Source of the DNA: an uncultured Candidatus Saccharibacteria bacterium
GTDB taxonomy: Bacteria > Patescibacteriota > WWE3 > UBA101185 > 2-01-FULL-41-18
DNA length: 64,000 bases
Reading direction: 5' to 3'
Assembly: GCA_964636285.1 (NCBI GenBank)
Contig: CAZWQF010000001.1
Span: 76,908 to 140,907 of the forward strand
The notes under the pieces are model-generated. The model ran no database searches, was not told the origin of the DNA, and saw only the letters and a list, made by a program, of their open reading frames with translations. A program made the translations under genes and the position numbers. How positions within the stretch are numbered: position 1 is the stretch's first letter; the number at the start of each line of letters is the position of its first letter. Positions 47,391-56,603 of the stretch are shown in pieces.

Positions 47391-49139
47391 TTACCAGCTT
47401 CCCCCGCCACCGCCACCAGAGGACCCGCCTCCACTAAAACCTCCGCCACCAAACCCGCTTGAATACCCACCGCTTGACCTTGTTGGCGTTGAAAAATTTG
47501 TCACCGAATTATTAAACGAACCAATCGACGACGCAAACATTCCTGCATTAAATGAGTTTGCTCCTGAGTACCAGGTTACATCGCTTGGAATTTGCCCTAA
47601 ACCTTCAAACCTCTTTGCCCATGTTTCGGTAACACCTAGCGCAATTGCATAGGGCAAAAGCTTTTCAAACAAATACCAATTCATTTCCATAAATTCCATC
47701 TGCCTCTCCTGCGAAGTCAAAAACTTTCTAAGTCCTTTCACATCAACTTGTGCCCGTGCACCTTTCTGGGTTTTTCTAGGCATGGCTTTAGCCATAATTA
47801 TGCTCACAAGTCCAAAAGGTATATTGATTGTGACAATGCATACAGCTCCTACTATGAACCAAAACGACCTCACAGAATTTGGATTCTTCTCAAAAAAACC
47901 TTTTGCTACAGACCCTTTATACAATTGATCCTTAATCTTTTCTGCGTCCGTATAAAACTTGTTCTTTAGATCAGATGTTGTCACCGCATCAAGTTCCTTA
48001 AATAGCCCATCAAGGAGCTGCTTTTCAAAGTCCATTAGGTTCTCTAAAGATTCGCCCTTCTTTTTATAGTCTTCAACTTTAGTTAGCATGAAGTTTTTTT
48101 GAACAAGGCTTGATGAGATCGAAGAAAGTGTTTTAGCAACTACCCCTTCGTCTTTGACCTCGGTTATCTTAATAAACCCCCTTATTGCAAGATCAACAAT
48201 AGTTGCTGAAATATCTTGAGCGTCAGCTGATTCGTCATATAAAGTTCCTGCTTCTGCCGGAGTCAGCCTTACCTCATCAACTTTAGGGGCTTCAAATAGA
48301 GCTGGTATAGCAGTATTAATTTTTGGATCTCTGCCTTTAAGCAGATACACAGCAAAAACCGAAAGTGGAAGGAGTCCATACCAGATTATGAAGCCTATCA
48401 TTGAAATCCATGACCAGTCCTGATATTTTTCCTTGGGAATTACAGTGACGTAACCTTTTGGAAATTTTAGAGCAACTGAAATTCCTTGGTTTGAGAGAAG
48501 TTCTTTTGTTGTCTCAAAGTAAGCACCAGATTTTACTAATCTTGATATACAGTCCTTTCCAGTAGTCCCAGAAGCGCCTGTATAGCACGCCACCTCCGCA
48601 CTATCCATTGGAACAGAGGAAGGAAGCGTAATATAAGTGATACTTTTTAAGATGGGTACTCTCCATTCATTTCCTGTTGCGTTAAAGTAAATCTCGTCAT
48701 GGTCGGAATAACTTTCAACAGCCCCCTTAATGGTGTATTTAATTACAAAGTATTTATTTCCTGAAATTGTTAGCTTGGGATCACCAATTTTTATTGAAAC
48801 ATAATCGGCTTTTGTTGTTACATCAAATTTATATGGTGTTCCCGCAAGATCATGCACTTCTAATATGCTTATTGGAGTAGTGAACTTCTTCCCATCCTGG
48901 TTTGTAAACACTTTATTTAGTTCCCTATATATTCCATGCTTAGGCTCTGAAAAATGATAAAGGAGTGTTTCAGTCACCGTTACTTCTCCTGATTGAGCTA
49001 CTTGCACAATAGATTTAAAGCTTTGAATACTTTCTGTTTCAGGTGGAAGTTCTGTTGCGTTAGCATTTCCTGTTCCACTATTAAAGATGGTTGTAAACAT
49101 GGCAAGAATCGCTAGCTTTTTAATAAAATTAATTTTCAC
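47391..49139 (-). CDS. DUF2207 family membrane protein
   Basis: HGIYREL, DEIYFNATG.EW, ATIVDLAIRG, LPYAIALGV, Gly-rich GGGGGGSW tail. Confidence 0.9.
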   Translation of the reverse strand: MKINFIKKLAILAMFTTIFNSGTGNANATELPPETESIQSFKSIVQVAQSGEVTVTETLLYHFSEPKHGIYRELNKVFTNQDGKKFTTPISILEVHDLAGTPYKFDVTTKADYVSIKIGDPKLTISGNKYFVIKYTIKGAVESYSDHDEIYFNATGNEWRVPILKSITYITLPSSVPMDSAEVACYTGASGTTGKDCISRLVKSGAYFETTKELLSNQGISVALKFPKGYVTVIPKEKYQDWSWISMIGFIIWYGLLPLSVFAVYLLKGRDPKINTAIPALFEAPKVDEVRLTPAEAGTLYDESADAQDISATIVDLAIRGFIKITEVKDEGVVAKTLSSISSSLVQKNFMLTKVEDYKKKGESLENLMDFEKQLLDGLFKELDAVTTSDLKNKFYTDAEKIKDQLYKGSVAKGFFEKNPNSVRSFWFIVGAVCIVTINIPFGLVSIIMAKAMPRKTQKGARAQVDVKGLRKFLTSQERQMEFMEMNWYLFEKLLPYAIALGVTETWAKRFEGLGQIPSDVTWYSGANSFNAGMFASSIGSFNNSVTNFSTPTRSSGGYSSGFGGGGFSGGGSSGGGGGGSW

Positions 49140-49179
49140 CTCTTTATTATATACTCTTCTTTTTGGTAGAATCTCAACT

Positions 49180-49860
49180 ATGTCCACAAGATCTATAGTA
49201 ATCACCGTAATATTTGTACTAGGTATTGTTTTGTTTGTGGCCTTTCTTAATTCAAAAAGAGATGGATCACAGGAGGAGGGTATTAACTTGAGTAATGTTA
49301 ATTTAGGTAACCAGCAGCAAGAAGAGAAGAAAACACCTTCATTTAAAAGGTACTCAGCGGCGCCTCAGATGGTTATTGACCAGAGAAAAGATTATTCTGC
49401 AGTTCTTAAAACCTCAAAAGGCGATATAACCGTAGATCTTTTTGAAAAAGAAACTCCCGTTACGGTAAATAACTTTGTTTTTCTTGCAAAAGATAAATTT
49501 TATGATGGAACAAAGTTTCATAGAATTGTTAAGGGTTTCATGATTCAAGGTGGGGATCCACTTGGAAACGGCATGGGCGGCCCTGGGTACAAATTTGCCG
49601 ATGAGCCTATTACAAAAGATTACAAAAAAGGAATCCTAGCTATGGCAAATTCTGGACCAAATACAAATGGAAGCCAGTTCTTTATCATGCATGCTGATTA
49701 TCCACTTCCAAAAAACTATGTAATTTTTGGACAGGTAACTAGTGGAATAGAAGCTGTTGATTCAATTGCAAACGTGCCAGTAAAATCTAGCCCTACAGGA
49801 GAAAAATCCTCACCTACTGAGGAAGTTCTTGTTAAGGCCGTAGAAGTAATAGAAAAGTAA
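49180..49860 (+). CDS. Membrane-anchored cyclophilin-type PPIase
   Basis: FHRIVKGFMIQGGDP, AMANSGPNTNGSQFFI. Confidence 0.95.
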   Translation: MSTRSIVITVIFVLGIVLFVAFLNSKRDGSQEEGINLSNVNLGNQQQEEKKTPSFKRYSAAPQMVIDQRKDYSAVLKTSKGDITVDLFEKETPVTVNNFVFLAKDKFYDGTKFHRIVKGFMIQGGDPLGNGMGGPGYKFADEPITKDYKKGILAMANSGPNTNGSQFFIMHADYPLPKNYVIFGQVTSGIEAVDSIANVPVKSSPTGEKSSPTEEVLVKAVEVIEK

Positions 49861-49863
49861 TTT

Positions 49864-50625
49864 TTAGGCTCTAATAAAGTTTGTATAGAGAAGAAGCCAC
49901 TCTTCAACTGAAAGCGTTTCTGCTCTTCTTGTTGGGTTGATATTTGATTTTTCCAGAATTTCTTTTCCAAATCTTTTATTTAGCATTTTTCTTTGTTGTA
50001 AAAATCCGTGATGTAAAAACTTTGAAAATCCTTTTATTTCCGAATGGGGTATTAGGGGAGTGGCCTTATGTTTTAAAAGAACAATTGCACTGTCCACTTT
50101 TGGTATTGGGTCAAAACATTCTCTTTCAACTATTTTTACAATCTCAACATCAAAAAAAGCCCCCAAAAATGTTGCCAGGTAGTTTGTATCTGGAATTTTT
50201 GCAGTAATTCTTTCTGCAACTTCTTTTTGGATTACTAGTGCAACTGTGTTAATAAAAAGCGAAAGATTTACGCATTCGTGAAGAAGGGGTGATGTTATTT
50301 GGTAGGGGATGGAGGCAACAATTTTATTTACATTCATTGCTCTAACCCTAAGTGCATCTCTGAGAAGTCTGAGCCCATCTTCGTGGAGAATTTCTACGTT
50401 TTGCTCATTTTCAAGTGAGCTTTGAAGTAATGGTATTACGTCTGGATCAATTTCTGCACCTATCAGTTTTTTTGCACTTTGAGCAATAACTTTTGATACG
50501 TTTCCTGTTCCCATTCCAATTTCTAGAACAGTGTCCTCTTTATTTACATCTGCACACTCAACTAGCACTTTAATTATGTATTCGTCTATTAGAAAGTTTT
50601 GGCCTAGTTCTTTTTTTGCTCTCAT
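49864..50625 (-). CDS. rsmA: 16S rRNA dimethyladenosine transferase
   Basis: KKELGQNFL, VLEIGMGTG, IPYQITSP, QKEVAER, PKVDSA, RRAE. Confidence 0.94.
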   Translation of the reverse strand: MRAKKELGQNFLIDEYIIKVLVECADVNKEDTVLEIGMGTGNVSKVIAQSAKKLIGAEIDPDVIPLLQSSLENEQNVEILHEDGLRLLRDALRVRAMNVNKIVASIPYQITSPLLHECVNLSLFINTVALVIQKEVAERITAKIPDTNYLATFLGAFFDVEIVKIVERECFDPIPKVDSAIVLLKHKATPLIPHSEIKGFSKFLHHGFLQQRKMLNKRFGKEILEKSNINPTRRAETLSVEEWLLLYTNFIRA

Positions 50626-50627
50626 AT

Positions 50628-51392
50628 TTATTCGGTTTTAGGTGTTTCTACAAAAAACCTATCCTTTAAATCCTCGTTATTAAGTATATACATATCATAC
50701 CTGCCGGTTGTCATCCATTTGTCCTGTGGGCTCATCGAGTTAAATCCAAGGTCAATTAAAAGTCCTCTGTAAGACCTCATTGCACCTCCAGTGTCTCCAG
50801 CAACTGCAATTCCATAGCCTGGGATGCACACTTTTGTGTGATAGGGAATCTTTTTGGGGTCAACAGCAATCACTCCATATCCGGCTTTCATTCCTATAGA
50901 GGTCCACGCATCACAGCCTTCACATTGAGGAGTGTAGGTGGTCATGTACACTTTTTCGTACTTATGCCAGTACTTAAACTTTCCGCACCTGTCTGAAGTT
51001 TCTTCGCTCCAAGAAATTTTTGTGCCTCTTTTATAAACTTCATCAGTAGGATTTACAGTTTTGGTATCCACAAGATTTCTTCCAATTTCCTCGTTGTTGT
51101 ACATGCTTACCGAATAAGTCTTAATAATTTTGCCGTCTTTGCCGTCCGATACTTTTTTAACCTCTCCAAAGGTTAGAGAATCGTCTTCCTCAAATTTTTT
51201 CTCAAAAGGTATAGGTTCCTCCTCTGTAATTTCTTTATCAGCGAATTTGGAAACCGTTTTAACCTCCGTTTTGTACCCTAAAACATCTTTTTGAGCTTCC
51301 TGAGTGTTAGTTGCTGCTTTGTAACTGGTAAACGAAAAAGCACTCAAAATTACAAAAAGAACCGCAAGCGCTTTGTTTATATGATTATTCAT
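50628..51392 (-). CDS. G5 + 3D domain cell-wall protein (YabE/Sps-like)
   Basis: G5-like segment, IAVDPKKIP, AGDTGGA, IDL; directly upstream of rsmA. Confidence 0.88.
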   Translation of the reverse strand: MNNHINKALAVLFVILSAFSFTSYKAATNTQEAQKDVLGYKTEVKTVSKFADKEITEEEPIPFEKKFEEDDSLTFGEVKKVSDGKDGKIIKTYSVSMYNNEEIGRNLVDTKTVNPTDEVYKRGTKISWSEETSDRCGKFKYWHKYEKVYMTTYTPQCEGCDAWTSIGMKAGYGVIAVDPKKIPYHTKVCIPGYGIAVAGDTGGAMRSYRGLLIDLGFNSMSPQDKWMTTGRYDMYILNNEDLKDRFFVETPKTE

Positions 51393-51434
51393 GCTGGGTA
51401 ATTATATGATAGGTTGAAGTTTAAGGGAAAATGG

Positions 51435-51501
51435 GCCGGAGACCGTGTTGGGTGTGTGCTTATGTGGTACTTTTTTTGTAATCTCCTTCACGGTTTCCGG
51501 C
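51435..51501 (-). terminator. Large-loop 3' hairpin
   Basis: GCCGGAGACCGTG (51435-51447) / CACGGTTTCCGGC (51489-51501). Confidence 0.65.
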
Positions 51502-51534
51502 TTGGGTCAAGCAGTGGCATACTAAATTCTGCGC

Positions 51535-51702
51535 TTAAAAACCGAAAAGGCTTTTGATGAAGGTCCACGCCCTTCTATCTTTAGCCCCCGCGCTTTTTCT
51601 TTGCGCTGATAGCTGCGGCGTTTTTGGAGTTATTGGAGCCTTGTCCTTTGAAACCGCGCTCGCCGCTTCTCGTGCCCTTTTACTACCTCCTTGAATGGCC
51701 AT
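51535..51702 (-). CDS. 55-aa basic microprotein with C-terminal amphipathic helix (not in ORF track)
   Basis: SD AAGGAGG; MAIQGGSKRAREAASAVSKDKAPITPKTPQLSAQRKSAGAKDRRAWTFIKSLFGF*; upstream TTGACA; 3' hairpin. Confidence 0.72.
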   Translation of the reverse strand: MAIQGGSKRAREAASAVSKDKAPITPKTPQLSAQRKSAGAKDRRAWTFIKSLFGF

Positions 51703-51810
51703 TTTGGCCTCCTTTGCTTTTGGATACCCTATATACTGGATGAAATTTGGCGTTTTGTCAAAAAGGCACGGGTAAAAGTAGTACTCAGAAATGTAACACT
51801 ATATTTATAC

Positions 51811-53760
51811 TTATAGGTCACGCATTGAGTCTAATTCGTCTAAAAATCTATCGATTTCATAATTTCCTGCGTTTTTTCTTCTGGAGTCTCTAACATTCAA
51901 ATTTCCAGCTCTAATATTTAGAAGTTTTTCAGGTATTTCCATCATAAATCTTGAAACAATGTTGGATTGAATTTGTCCAAAGTATAGCCTTGCTCTTGCA
52001 TATGTCATATAAAGTTTATCTTTTGCCCGTGTGATTGCCACATAACAAAGTCTACGTTCCTCTTCAAGCTCGGATAGTTCTAAAACAGATCTAGAATGCG
52101 GAAAAAGCCCCTCTTCCATACCAATTATAAACACAACTTTAAACTCAAGTCCTTTTGCTGAGTGAATTGTCATAAGCGTTATAGCTTCCTTTTGCTGATC
52201 GTTTGAAGGTTTATCAGTGCTTTCAATCAACGCAACATTCTCAAGAAAGTCACCAAGGTTAGAAAAAAGTGATGCCACGGACTTTAACTCTTTTATGTTT
52301 TCTATCCTGTACATTGCTTCATCGCTCCCGTCATTTAGCCACTCGGTATACTTTGTTTTTTCCAAGACACTTTCAAGAAGCTCAAGCGTAGTATGCGTTT
52401 CAATCGCTTTTATCCATTCTTTAATGGGTAGCTTGCTAGCATCCTCAATTAAATCAAGATCAAGCTTTGCATCCCGTATCTTTTCAAAACCTTTCTTCCC
52501 TATACCCCTTGGCGGCGTATTAATAATTCTTTCCCATGAAACCGAATCAAATGGATTGTGAATAACCTTTAGATAACTAATTAAGTCCTTAATTTCTTTT
52601 CGCGAATAAAATCGAACTCCCCCTACAAGCTTATATGGAATCCCTTCTCTTAAAAAAGCCTCTTCAATGTTTCTTGACTGTGCATTTGTTCTATACAAAA
52701 CTGCAAAGTCAGAAAACCCATATTTTCCAGACATTATTTGATTTTTAATCTCTTCAACAACAAAGCCTGATTCGTCAATTTCATTCATTGCTTGATAGCT
52801 TTGAATTTTTTCGCCTTCTGAATTTTCTGTCCATAGATCAAGAGCAATGTGGTTTGCGTTCTTTTTAATCACATTTTTTGCAGCTTCAATTATTGTTTGT
52901 GTGGATCTGTAATTTTGATCAAGATTGTAAATTTTTGCCTCTAAGTAGTCTTTTTCAAAATTCATTATGTTTCTAAAATCTGCACCTCTAAACGAATAAA
53001 TTGCCTGTGACATATCACCAACTACAAAAATATTTCTGTGCTTTTGTGCTAGGAGTTTTGAGAGGACGTACTGGGCTTTGTTTGTGTCCTGATATTCGTC
53101 AATTAAAATAAATTGAAACTGATCTTGATATTTTTCAAGAATTCTTTCTTCCTTTTCAAAAAGATTTACTGTGTACATGATTAAATCATCAAAGTCCAAA
53201 GCGTTATTTTCTCTTAGTCTTTTTTGATATTCGGGATAAACTCTTGCAACTATTTCGTTAAAAAAACCAGATGCATATTTTTTATATTCAACATGGTCAA
53301 TTAGTTCATTTTTACTTGAGGAGATTCTATTTAAGACTGCATTTGGATTAACTTTTGTGGTTGCAATATTTAAATCCTTAAAAATATGTTTAATTATGGA
53401 TTTTTGGTCGTCGTCATCGTAAATTACAAAACTTGGTTTAATTCCTATTAGGTATCCATCTTTTCTAAGTATCTTTGAACAAACCGAATGGAAAGTACCA
53501 GCCCATGCAAGTCTTATTGATGTGCCTAAAATATGAGAAAGCCGTTCTTTAATTTCATGTGCAGCTTTGTTAGTAAAGGTGACTGTGAGTATGTTTGATT
53601 CGTTAATCTGGTGGCTTAAAATCAGGTTTGCCACTCTGTGAGTTAACACTCTGGTTTTTCCAGAGCCTGGTCCTGCAACCACAAGTGCAGGCCCTTCATG
53701 ATGTAGAACGGCAGGTACCTGTTGTTTATTTAATCCTGTTAGTAACGAATTGGAATCCAC
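51811..53760 (-). CDS. pcrA: ATP-dependent DNA helicase PcrA/UvrD
   Basis: AGPGSGKT, TFTNKAA, DEYQDTN, YRTNAQSR, AKGLEF, EERRLCYVAITRA. Confidence 0.95.
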   Translation of the reverse strand: MDSNSLLTGLNKQQVPAVLHHEGPALVVAGPGSGKTRVLTHRVANLILSHQINESNILTVTFTNKAAHEIKERLSHILGTSIRLAWAGTFHSVCSKILRKDGYLIGIKPSFVIYDDDDQKSIIKHIFKDLNIATTKVNPNAVLNRISSSKNELIDHVEYKKYASGFFNEIVARVYPEYQKRLRENNALDFDDLIMYTVNLFEKEERILEKYQDQFQFILIDEYQDTNKAQYVLSKLLAQKHRNIFVVGDMSQAIYSFRGADFRNIMNFEKDYLEAKIYNLDQNYRSTQTIIEAAKNVIKKNANHIALDLWTENSEGEKIQSYQAMNEIDESGFVVEEIKNQIMSGKYGFSDFAVLYRTNAQSRNIEEAFLREGIPYKLVGGVRFYSRKEIKDLISYLKVIHNPFDSVSWERIINTPPRGIGKKGFEKIRDAKLDLDLIEDASKLPIKEWIKAIETHTTLELLESVLEKTKYTEWLNDGSDEAMYRIENIKELKSVASLFSNLGDFLENVALIESTDKPSNDQQKEAITLMTIHSAKGLEFKVVFIIGMEEGLFPHSRSVLELSELEEERRLCYVAITRAKDKLYMTYARARLYFGQIQSNIVSRFMMEIPEKLLNIRAGNLNVRDSRRKNAGNYEIDRFLDELDSMRDL

Positions 53761-53864
53761 GGAGAGAGTTTAACATAACAAAACTAGCCTTTGACAGCAA
53801 AAAATGAGAGGAATAATATTGTAGCTATCGTTATCCGCGTATTTTCAAGTAAGGGAGATTAGAG

Positions 53865-54074
53865 ATGCGTACTGGACTGAGCCCCGAGCCCCAAGGAGGA
53901 AGGCAGAAGGGAGGTCGCAGAGCGTCTCGCGTTCAGCGAGCAAAGTGGCCTTGGGAAAAGGAGGAGGAGGATCTGTCGGATCCACGATCCTTGTCTTTGC
54001 TGTCCCAACAGGCGCCAGAGGTGGCGGCTGACTTGCGTGAACATGGCCGAATCCACATTGTTGTGAGGATCTGA
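53865..54074 (+). CDS. Small orphan protein (69 aa)
   Basis: TTGACA-17-TAATAT (53791-53819), SD AAGGGAG, 3' hairpin. Confidence 0.65.
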   Translation: MRTGLSPEPQGGRQKGGRRASRVQRAKWPWEKEEEDLSDPRSLSLLSQQAPEVAADLREHGRIHIVVRI

Positions 54075-54087
54075 TCGTCTGACTGAA

Positions 54088-54158
54088 GGTAGAGCGCGCG
54101 TACGATTTTGCGAATGTTTTTCATTCCCAATTCGTTAGAATCTTGCGTGCGCTCTGCC
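54088..54158 (+). terminator. Long imperfect 3' hairpin (weak U tail)
   Basis: GGTAGAGCGCGCGTA / TGCGTGCGCTCTGCC with inner GCGAAT/ATTCGT helix. Confidence 0.65.
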
Positions 54159-54188
54159 AATACATTTGAATAAGTTTTTCCTTTAGAT

Positions 54189-55196
54189 CTAATTATTTAG
54201 AAGTGGGTGGCTCACTTTAATTCCAATTTTGTCATAAGAATAATCAAGTAGCTGAATCATATCGGTTTTCCTTGCGTCGCTGTTTAGAACCACACCAATA
54301 ATCCCCTCACCTTCATTTTCAGCGTAGGTGACAAGGCATAAATTTGCTGCTTCCGTATACCCTGTTTTCACACCCATCACTCCAGGGTATGTCCTTAATA
54401 AATTTGTTTGGTTTGAGAGTGCAAGGTATTTATGGGCACTCGTTGCCTCGATTGTTCTATCAAGAGTTGCTACAACCTTTTTGAAGTCAGGGTTTTGAAG
54501 TGCATATTTTGTTAATTTTGCTTGGTCGTAAGCGCTTGATACGTTCCCGTCATTTAGTCCGTTTGAATCCGCATAAGTTGTTTCTGTAAGCCCTAGCTCT
54601 TTTACTTTTGTATTCATGTAGTAAACAAAATTTTCTTCTGTTCCAGCAACCCCTTCAGCAATTGCTACTGCGGCATCATTTCCCGAATGAAGAATAAGCC
54701 CATATAAAAGCTCTTCAAGAGTGTATTCTTCGCCTTCTGAAATTCCCATTGCGTTCTCTCCCACAGTTGCAGCTTTTCTGCTAACTTTGATTTTGTCTGA
54801 GAGTTTTTTATGCTCAAGTGCAACTGTTGCAGTCATAATTTTTGTGACCGAAGCAATTGGAACCGATCTATGTTCGTCACGTGAAAAGAGAATTGTAGAG
54901 TCATTAAGTCTTACAGAAATAGCATTTTTTGCATGTACATATGGAAGCTCTTTTGAAAGGTCTAAGTAGTTTTGTGGGTTTGTAAAAACAAAGTTTTGGT
55001 TCCATGGATATGAGAGTATTCTGGAGTAAGTATAAATGCTTCTAAGCTTGTCTTCTTTTATGCCTTTTACATCCTCTCTGGAGTCTGCAGATGCTAATGG
55101 GAATCTAAAGATTTTGCCTTCTTTTGGCAAAAAAATCGAAAAAGCCAAAAAGCCAGCGCAGGCAAAAGCAATTAGGGCAAAAATTCTTTTTTCCAT
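54189..55196 (-). CDS. D-alanyl-D-alanine carboxypeptidase (peptidase S11)
   Basis: ASVTK (SxxK), SGN, KTG. Confidence 0.92.
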   Translation of the reverse strand: MEKRIFALIAFACAGFLAFSIFLPKEGKIFRFPLASADSREDVKGIKEDKLRSIYTYSRILSYPWNQNFVFTNPQNYLDLSKELPYVHAKNAISVRLNDSTILFSRDEHRSVPIASVTKIMTATVALEHKKLSDKIKVSRKAATVGENAMGISEGEEYTLEELLYGLILHSGNDAAVAIAEGVAGTEENFVYYMNTKVKELGLTETTYADSNGLNDGNVSSAYDQAKLTKYALQNPDFKKVVATLDRTIEATSAHKYLALSNQTNLLRTYPGVMGVKTGYTEAANLCLVTYAENEGEGIIGVVLNSDARKTDMIQLLDYSYDKIGIKVSHPLLNN

Positions 55197-55241
55197 AGTA
55201 TTGGTATGGTATCATAACCGAGCGAAAGGAATAAAATTTTT

Positions 55242-55511
55242 ATGTTTGAGTTAGTAGATTATTTTGCAACTTGGTGTGGACCTTGCCACGCAATGCACCC
55301 AATTATTGAAGACGTAGAAAAAGAGTATTCAACAAGGATTAAATTTTCAAAAGTTGATGTAGATCAGCACCAGGATAAAGCCGCACAGTTTGGTGTAATG
55401 AGCATCCCAACATTTATTGTTATGAAAGACGGAAAGGAAGTTGATAGAAAAGTAGGAGCAATGACAAAAGATAAATTTAAGTCATGGCTTGATGCTTCTC
55501 TGTTAAAATAA
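55242..55511 (+). CDS. trxA: Thioredoxin
   Basis: ATWCGPC, SIPT. Confidence 0.92.
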   Translation: MFELVDYFATWCGPCHAMHPIIEDVEKEYSTRIKFSKVDVDQHQDKAAQFGVMSIPTFIVMKDGKEVDRKVGAMTKDKFKSWLDASLLK

Positions 55512-55513
55512 AC

Positions 55514-56599
55514 ATGCCAGTTAAAATTGCTATAAACGGTTTTGGAAGAATAGGAAGAGCAGCCTATAAAATTGCTCAAAAACATCCAGAACTTGAAATT
55601 GTTGCTATCAACGATTTAACAGATCCAAAAATTTTAGCTCACCTTTTAAAGTTTGATACTAACTATGGCGTTTACGATAAAGAAATTTCTGTAGAAGAAG
55701 ATGGGCATGTTGTCCATTCGGAAGATAATTATTCCAAAAAATCATACAAAGCTAGTACATCTACAAGTGATAAATATCTTGTAGTTGATGGAAAAAAGAT
55801 ACTTGTGACTTCCCAAAAGGATGCAACGCTACTTCCATGGGGAAAGCTTTCAATTGATGTTGTTTTAGAATGCACAGGTAGGTTTACAGATGAAGGTGCA
55901 GCTCAGGTGCATATCACTGCGGGAGCAAAAAAGGTAATTGTTTCTGCACCTACAAAAGGTGGAGGAGTAAACACATACCTTTTTGGGGTAAACTCTGGAA
56001 ACTACGCAGGAGAACAGGTTATATCAAACGCCTCTTGTACTACAAACTGTATCTCTCCCGTTGCTTCTATCATTCATTCAAAGTTTGGAATTGCAAAAGC
56101 AACAATGACTACAATTCATGCAATTACTGCTGAGCAGTCACTTGTTGATGGGCCTCCACCACCGCTTCATCCTGACATGAGGAGAGCAAGAGCGGCAGGC
56201 TATAACTTGGTTCCAACAACCACAGGAGCTGCAATCTCAACCACAGAGGTAATTCCTGAACTAAGAGGCTTATTTGATGGCTTGTCTGTAAGAGCTCCAA
56301 TTTCCGTTGGTTCACTTGCTGACTTTACCATCATGACCAAAAAGCCTGTGACAGTTGAAGAAGTTAATCAGGCATTTATTGAAGCTAAAGATCAACCTTT
56401 GTACAAAGGTGTTCTTGATGTGAGCTACCAGCCTCTTGTGTCTTCGGACATAGTTGGTTCAAGCTTTTCGTCAATTGTTGACCTATCTATGACAAAGGTA
56501 ATTGGAGGCGATTTCCTAAAAGTTGTTGCGTGGTATGACAACGAATGGGGTTACTCCAACAGACTTGTTGAAATGGCCCTTAAAGTTGGCACAGCCTAA
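55514..56599 (+). CDS. gap: Glyceraldehyde-3-phosphate dehydrogenase, type I
   Basis: INGFGRIGR, SNASCTTNC, PTTTGAA, WYDNEWGYSNR. Confidence 0.98.
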   Translation: MPVKIAINGFGRIGRAAYKIAQKHPELEIVAINDLTDPKILAHLLKFDTNYGVYDKEISVEEDGHVVHSEDNYSKKSYKASTSTSDKYLVVDGKKILVTSQKDATLLPWGKLSIDVVLECTGRFTDEGAAQVHITAGAKKVIVSAPTKGGGVNTYLFGVNSGNYAGEQVISNASCTTNCISPVASIIHSKFGIAKATMTTIHAITAEQSLVDGPPPPLHPDMRRARAAGYNLVPTTTGAAISTTEVIPELRGLFDGLSVRAPISVGSLADFTIMTKKPVTVEEVNQAFIEAKDQPLYKGVLDVSYQPLVSSDIVGSSFSSIVDLSMTKVIGGDFLKVVAWYDNEWGYSNRLVEMALKVGTA

Positions 56600-56603
56600 A
56601 TAG

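Noticed and set aside
50300-50320. RsmA motif IV reading SIPY instead of N(L/I)PY as evidence of inactivation
   Set aside because: (D/N/S)PP(Y/F)-type motifs tolerate Ser and all other motifs are intact
2944-54158. Orphan-unit hairpins as integron attC sites
   Set aside because: No consistent RYYYAAC...GTTRRRY ends, no shared sequence, no tandem array and no integrase; G-U pairing on the coding strand fits RNA hairpins better
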